A stretch of DNA of 40,689 bases from Macrostomum lignano (lineage: Eukaryota), in assembly GCA_002269645.1 (NCBI GenBank), contig NIVC01004607.1, forward strand, positions 1 through 40,689, in the 5' to 3' direction. Positions 34,263 to 40,689 of this stretch are shown here, in pieces. The stretch's first letter is position 1. Each line of letters opens with the position of its first letter. The notes beneath the pieces are model-generated. The model worked only from the letters and a program-made list of their open reading frames with translations, was not told the DNA's origin and made no database searches. The position numbers were made by a program, and so were the translations under genes.

Positions 34263-37200
34263 TCCGCCCGTGCTCTAGGTTATATCTCATATTTTCTTTA
34301 TCCGCATTTATAGTAACTCTCTGGCGAGAAGCGAAAGGAGAGTACAGAGCGGGGTGAATAAATGCAGTTTACATGCAGTTGGTCTCGTCAGGAGTGGCGC
34401 TTTGGCTTGTAAATTAGGCGCTCAAACGTTTTGAACGCTGAGCACATGCATGCGCTCACGCAGGGTTGTAAAGCGGCAATGACTTTCCCATTGGCAGTCA
34501 TGTACGAGTCGTACACACGTGTGTTCGCAGGTGAAACCTCGAACCAAGAGGACATTAACCAGAAAATGCTAGAATAAGGTGCTTAATCAGAGTCCATCTA
34601 TACGACAGTGGAATCTTTTCCGTTTGGACTAAAAAACCTGCACAATAAAATTGTTGGTTTTCACCTGTTATGGCTGCTATACAGAGGACGCATCATTGGC
34701 TAATAATGCTTTTATGACGCGACGAGGCATGCAGCTGGGCGCGCCATCAAAGCGCACAGCCTCCGCCTGAATTAATGCGTGACGAATGTGGCGCAGCGGC
34801 GGGCCCATTCGAACAGCGACAGATTCCGCAGCGAGCGGCCTCTTGTCCGAAAATTCGGCTTCAGCGATCGCCCAGCCACGCCCCCCCCCCATACCCGCGA
34901 CTCCGCAGCTCCAACAGGCGGGAGAGGCGCCAGCCGACCCAGTTAGGCGGTCAGAGCGCGCACAAACTGGATATGGGGAGTTAGTTGGGAAGAAGTGTCT
35001 CACTGCATGCATGCGGGACCGACCCGCCTTCAAGTGGCTTCCCATGGTGCAGTCTAAACTTTTTCTGTCTATTTGTTGTCACTTCCCATCCCCGACTCCC
35101 TTTTTTCAGCAGCTTTCCCATTTCTCTCCCCACCTGTCCCGAACCTCCCCCGAAAGCTGTTGGGGCCGCGGATTACCCCAGAAAGCGATGGAAATAGAAA
35201 AAATCTCCCATGACATTCAAGTGGCCTCTTCCCACTTGGCAACCGCGGTTGCGCGATTTTTGCTTTCTGCGACTGTGCAGAACAGGTGCGGAACTGGTGA
35301 GGCTGAGAGAATATTTCGATTGAATTTTCCTCTCCAGGGGAGACATACGTGAAATAAAGAAAAAATAGTTTAGAAAGCTGACTGAATCTTATCGGGTAAC
35401 AGCTATAGAGTTTTAGGTTGCTAGATATTGGTTGAAATTTGCTATGCATACTACCGTTTGCTCAACAAAATTAAGTAGCATGTGCAGCTGTTGATTTTGA
35501 AACAGCTTTCTAAATCCTCACGAAAAACATACGTGAAATTTTGCATCATGTTACAACATGTCTCATTCGTTGCAATACGAGATACCCATGCATGAAGCGC
35601 GAGGACCAGTGATCGTTGGCATACACGTACATTACTGTGCATTGTTCATTGCTACGGTATGCATGTAAATATGTGCGTAGAAAATTAGAGCAATATATGC
35701 TGTGTACGTGTACAAATACGATAACCTGCACCACTGAATAACAATAAATACTACTTACGATCAAGTAGTATTTCCTGTTTTCCTGTGTGCCTCTATTCCT
35801 GTTTTTGTAACATTTTGATGTTGCCCCACTTGTTTTACAAACCGGAAATTTCGTTTCGAGTTCTACTGCTGAATAACCTCATTCGTAAATGTCAGAATGT
35901 CAGAAGTTATTACGTTATACCTTTTGTGCATATGAAGTTATTATTTATTAAGTATTTGATGTCTCATAAAATCTAATTATACTGAAATTCTCAAACACAT
36001 TCAATGACATAATAAATAGTTTAACTGTCTAAAAGCTTAGAATTTTGGTCTGTTTTTTTCGCTCATTCTTGTTATTTGGCATGGAAGTATAACTTTTTAA
36101 AATTGATATTTTCTAGGAAATATTGATGATCATCCACATCCAGCGATCCAGGGAGTCAGGGACCATGGTAGAGGATACAAATTGTCTTGATCTCTGCGCT
36201 TGTATTCGCTCTGTACCCCATTCTCGGCTGCTGGAATTCTCATGATTCATTGAGTTAGCGCCAGTTGACCTTAAAATTATAACTTTGCCAGAACTCTGTC
36301 GTCTATGATCTATTTCAAAACTAAACTGCAGAACAGTATTTCATGGTGAATTAGCGACTGCTTCTCTTTTATTATATACTTAGCTACACTCTTTATTCCT
36401 ATTCGTTTGTTTGTTTTATTTTTGTTTGTTTTAAATTGCTGATAGTCATATCTTATTATTTACATCATACAGTCTTCCTTATATTTTTATATATCATGCA
36501 TGTCCAATATCCCAAGTTATATCCCATCAAGTAAAACTTGTCTTCAGCCATTACATTAAAAATGGGTTTTGAGTTTTATGTTGTGGCTAGGTCTACATGT
36601 ATTCTATAAATTTTCTTGATTGATTTCTAAATCTAATCAAAGCAATCATATCATAGAAAATTATACCTAATCATAGAAAACATATATTATTCAATTTTAA
36701 GCTTCCAAGCAAATATTAAATAATTAATTCTTTGTTGTATTTTAGACCAATATTTTATTTTTTAAATTAAAAAAACTGGCTTTTCACATTATTTCTTGAG
36801 TGCTGTTTAACTAATACACAAAATTCAAACTGTCTAATTTCATATACTTTAAAATGAATTATGATATAAAAAAAATATATATATAAAAATATTTTTTTTA
36901 TTTTTTAAAAAGATTAATAATTTTGTATTAGCTGTTAGTATATATAAAAGAATAGCAACCTCTAATAAAGTGGGTTATTAGAGCAATTTTAAACATGGCT
37001 AAGTGCAAATTTTTATTAAAGTTATACTTTATAAAAATTAAAGCTAGGGCATATGAACCTATTGAATTAATCCAAAAAGTTGTTATACAAACGTAATGAC
37101 TTATTGAGACATTGATTTATTTAAATTCAGTTTAAATAATGGCAATTTGATTAATTTTTCCTTTCAGAACTGGCAAGACTAACAGAGTCCATGAGCAATG

Positions 37201-37676
37201 TACTTTCCTTGCACTCTCACATGTCATGGGGACTGTAGAGAACATTATGGCTTCATGTTCAATAATAACTATTTAGTAATATTTGCTAATAAAAAGCATT
37301 CAAAGCATTTACAGTCAATAAGGCAGTTTCATGTTAAGGCAATTAATCAGCCAATGTTGGAAGTGAATCCAGAAATTCTAGCAGTAGATTTAATTTTTTC
37401 TAAGCCTCTTGAACTCCCTGTCACTAATGTATTTCTGCACATTAAACTATTCTTCAATCATATTTTATGCTTTGAGCTGGTAAAACCTTTGCCAATGCAT
37501 ACAAATCTTTCCCAATGGTTTCAACTGAAGGCAGCAGCAGTTTTCTTGGATTCTCAGTCAAGTTGCTATGTGCTGGAAGCACTACTGCAGCTATAGAAAG
37601 TAAGTAGCATAGTAGGCACATTGTTAACTTTTAACAGTTAAAGTTTCTAAGCTCTGCCGGTTTATTGACCAACAGG

Positions 37677-40406
37677 CAGCGTCACCTGCCAGCCCGGGCC
37701 CTCCTGCTACCTGTGCCGCTCTGCCGGAAGCCCAGCTGTTCACCGAACGGCGCCTCGCGAATGGCGCCATCGCGCTTGCTGACGCTGGCGCTGGCACCGC
37801 CGCCGTCCTTGGCGCCGTAATTGGCGTCTGTGCGCCGACGACTGGCGCCGAACTCACCTGGCCGGCGCTGCTTCCAGCCGGGCGGCTGCTGGCGCTGCTT
37901 GGCGGGCGCTGCTGGCGAAGCCTCCGTGCAGATGGTGGCTGCAGACGCTTTGTGGCCCGCGCTGGTAGGCAGTTCAGGGATTGAAATATCCTGTGCCTGG
38001 GTGTCCCACCTCTTGCGGCCCTTGTCTTCTGTAGTCTCCAGCTCCAGTTCACATCCATGAGGCCCAACCCCCAAGGCACGGAGAGTGTACATCCCTGACG
38101 ATTAGAAAGCCAGGGCTGCTGTACACCCTGTGTGAGCGAATGTGTGAATGCGTGCCTGCGTACAGTACGGCTCGTACAAGTCTTTTAAGCTGTTAGTCTT
38201 TGTCAAAAATTTCTTCCCCACTAGTCTTTGTAAACTGCATCCCCAACTCCCTACAAGCCTGTGTTGCGCTATGAGTAACTTGAGCAAACTGAAAACCTTC
38301 AGCCGCCAGCCGGTCGGCGCCTGTCTCCTGGAGTTGGTGGACGGCAGCCGCTGGGTGCCGCCATCGCCCTGACGCCCCGGCTGCTGGTGACCTGCGCTCA
38401 CCTTGTCGTCCAAGCCGACAAGCCGACCGAAATCTACCGCGTTCGACCGGCCCAGCCCTCCTCGGCTGATCTCGGCCTCAGCGACCCCGCTTGGGCCTGG
38501 CGGAGAGCGACGCTGCTGTGGGCGAACCGGCGCACCCAGCCGCCTGTGTTCGACGTCGCCTTCGTGCTGTTGGAGCCCGACGAGCCGGACTTGCCGAGCG
38601 TGGCTTACCGGCTGGCAACTGACGGCAAAGAGCTCTTGGGTGAGGGAGCAATGACCTTCAAGTGTTCGAGATGTTTATTAACCTCCAAATGTCCTGAGAT
38701 GTTTATTAAGCTCCAACTGTCCTGAGATGCTTATTGACCTTCAAATGTCCTGAGATGCTTATTAACCTCCAATTGTCCTGAGATGTTTATTAACCTCCAA
38801 CTGTCCTGAGATGCTTATTGACCTTCAAATGTCCTGAGATGCTTTTTGACCTTCATGTGTTCTGAAATAGTGATCTTTGTGTCTTCTTATCGCTACTTTC
38901 CGCCCTCATCCCTGCATTATGCGCGTCGCAATCCAGGACAGTCCGTGATTGCCGTCGGATTTCCGTTCCAAGGGCTGTCCCAGCCCGGCCCCCCAATGCT
39001 CAGTCGGGTCGAATAGTTCACGAATTCGGTGGCCGCTTGCCCGGTGACCAATGCCCGATTGTAGCCTTGCAGGTGAGCTTCTGGTGTGGGATCAGGTGTG
39101 TCTGTGTGGGATTGGTGTGTCTGGTGTGGATCGGGTGTTGTCTGGTGTGGGATCGGGTGTGTCTGGTGTGGGATCGGGTGTGTCTGGTGTGGGATCGGTG
39201 TGTCTGGTGTGGGATCGGATGTGTCTGGTGTGGGATCGGATGTGTCTGGTGTGGGATCGGGTATATTCAATATCATTCGCTCACTCGCAGACTTCGTGCC
39301 CGGTGTTCAACGGGTTCAGTGGCGGGCCAGTGACGCTTGAAGATGGCCATTCTGTCGCCATGACTGTGGGACACCTCAGGTGAGCTCCGCTGTCCATGGG
39401 GTTCTCCGGTGCTCAAGCCGACAACCTGATCCTGAATCTAATAACTCAGCTGCTCAAACTGATCACTCAGCTGCTCAAACTGATCCCTCAGCTGCTCAAA
39501 CTTATCACTCAGCTGCTCAAACTGATCCCTCAGCTGCTCAAACTTATCACTCAGCTGCTCAAACTTATCACTCAGCTGCTCAAACTGATCACTCAGCTGC
39601 TCAAACTGATCACTCAGCTGCTCAAACTGATCACTCAACTGCTCAAACTGATCACTCAGCTGCTCAAACTGATCACTCAGCTGCTCAAACTGATCACTCA
39701 ACTGCTCAAACTGATCACTCAGCTGCTCAAACGGATCACTCAGCTGCTCAAACTGATCACTCAACTGCTCAAACTGATCACTCAGCTGCTCAAACTGATC
39801 ACTCAACTGCTCAAACTGATCACTCAGCTGCTCAAACTGATCACTCAGCTGCTCAAACTGATCACTCAGCTGCTCAAACTGATCACTCAGCTGCTCAAAC
39901 TGATCACTCAGCTGCTCAACTGATCACTCAGCTGCTCAAACTGATCACTCAGCTGCTCAAACTGATCACTCAGCTGCTCAACTGATCACTCAGCTGCTCA
40001 AACTGATCACTCAACTGCTCAAACTGATCGCATCAGCTGCTCAAACTGATCACTCAACTGCTCAAACTGATCACTCAGCTGCTCAAACTGATGACTCAGC
40101 TGCTCAAACCTGATCAACTGTCAGCTGCTCAAACTGATCACTCACTGCTCAAACTGATCACTCAGCTGCTCAAACTGATCAGTCAGCTGCTCAAACTGAT
40201 CACTCAGCTGCTCAAACTGATCAGTCAGCTGCTCAAACTGATCACTCAGCTGCTCAAGACCAAAAACACCTGTTCCTCATTCTGTTCAACCCCGCGCTTC
40301 AACCCTTGCAGGCTGCACTCCCCGGACCAAAACTGTCAACAGCGTCAGCCTCTCGGTTCCCATCGGCCTGCTGCAGCTGCAGCAGATCGGTTTGCCGAGA
40401 CTCAAG
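37677..40406 (+). CDS. TYSND1: TYSND1-like trypsin-fold serine protease (peroxisomal leader-peptide-processing protease family), partial
   Basis: Exons ~37677-(3' boundary unresolved), 38303-38639, 38937-39072, 39291-39379, 40312-40406. Catalytic His in RW(G)AAIALTPRLLVTCAHLV (cf. VWGSGVAVAPRLVVTCRHV), Asp in FDVAFVLLE (cf. YDIAVVSLE), then SVIAVGFP, and Ser in LQ|TSCPVFNGFSGGP (cf. LQTTCAVHSGSSGGP); SLSVPIGLL (cf. FSIPITVL). Needs +1 repairs at 38353-55 and 39006-08. The 5' exons and 3' end are not resolved. Confidence 0.75.
38662..38862. repeat. 28-bp minisatellite TGTCCTGAGATG(T/C)TTATTAACCTCCAAA, ~7 copies, intronic
   Basis: Visible directly. Confidence 0.9.
39080..39261. repeat. 20-21-bp minisatellite GTGTCTGGTGTGGGATCGGGT, ~9 copies, intronic
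   Basis: Visible directly. Confidence 0.9.
39440..40257. repeat. 21-bp minisatellite AACTGATCACTCAGCTGCTCA, ~39 copies, intronic
   Basis: Visible directly; 7-aa periodicity (LITQLLK / QTDHSAA) in the ORF track. Confidence 0.97.
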
Positions 40407-40689
40407 GTGCGTCTCCACTGCTCCTACACTAGAATTGGGTTCTCTTTAGGGTCAGGTTTTTGGCCTTGGCGGGCGTTGGTAAAGTTCGAGGACCGTGCTA
40501 GCACCCTTTACACTAGTGAATTCGTGACAGCTATGAGAATTGTCGAAGTGACAATTAACTAATATTATAAGTGATTAGCGGGACAGAAAAGAAGTGTATG
40601 CAGAGGAGAAGGCGAGTTGAAACTTGTATTTTTGCTAACGATAGCGAACAGGCCAGCTGAAATATCTGTGGTAAAGTAACGGTTACGAT

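Noticed and set aside
33671-34357. Ser/Pro/Leu-rich ORFs
   Set aside because: They are translations of the CT low-complexity tract.
37682-38092. Minus-strand exon-like ORF (MYTLRALGVG..) with AG and GTGAGT signals
   Set aside because: It overlaps the plus-strand TYSND1-like exon. Antisense ORFs are common in GC-rich exons and I recognise no homology.
39380-40257. LITQLLK heptad ORFs resembling amphipathic or coiled-coil peptides
   Set aside because: A 21-bp intronic VNTR between TYSND1-like exons; the periodicity is DNA-level only.
12388-40257. Tandem arrays as CRISPR-like or telomeric arrays
   Set aside because: No unique spacers, no cas genes, a eukaryotic context and no TTAGGG-type units.

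Overview
Eukaryotic (animal) genomic DNA with spliceosomal introns, GC-rich exons, AT-rich spacers and many different minisatellites. The overall style suggests a flatworm such as Macrostomum, which is an inference only. Supported content, left to right: an unknown two-exon gene (~293-1374, +); a TRPV-like channel gene (2239-4363, -, two 1-nt frameshifts) with a palindromic RFX X-box upstream; a WSC-domain exon (5795-6111, -); a decayed LOA/R1-like non-LTR retrotransposon (7141-10490, -) whose RT domain is deleted in frame; a complete 10-exon NPHP4 (11284-21507, +, 1408 aa by my exon sum); a probable small X-box-led gene missed by the ORF track (~25446-26079, -); an NK2-class/NK4-like homeobox gene (28615-33253, +); and a TYSND1-like trypsin-fold protease gene (~37677-40406, +, probably continuing past the window). 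Most long ORFs in the supplied track are artefacts of stop-free tandem repeats. I found no unmistakable new multi-gene system. The best leads are: (i) introns filled almost donor-to-acceptor by unrelated minisatellites, some of which amplify functional motifs (5' splice sites, 3'-splice-site mimics, RFX half-sites); (ii) repeated X-box signals around ciliary-type genes; (iii) the RT-less LINE; (iv) five +1-repairable frameshifts that are probably consensus errors. All homology calls come from my recall of family motifs, not from database searches.
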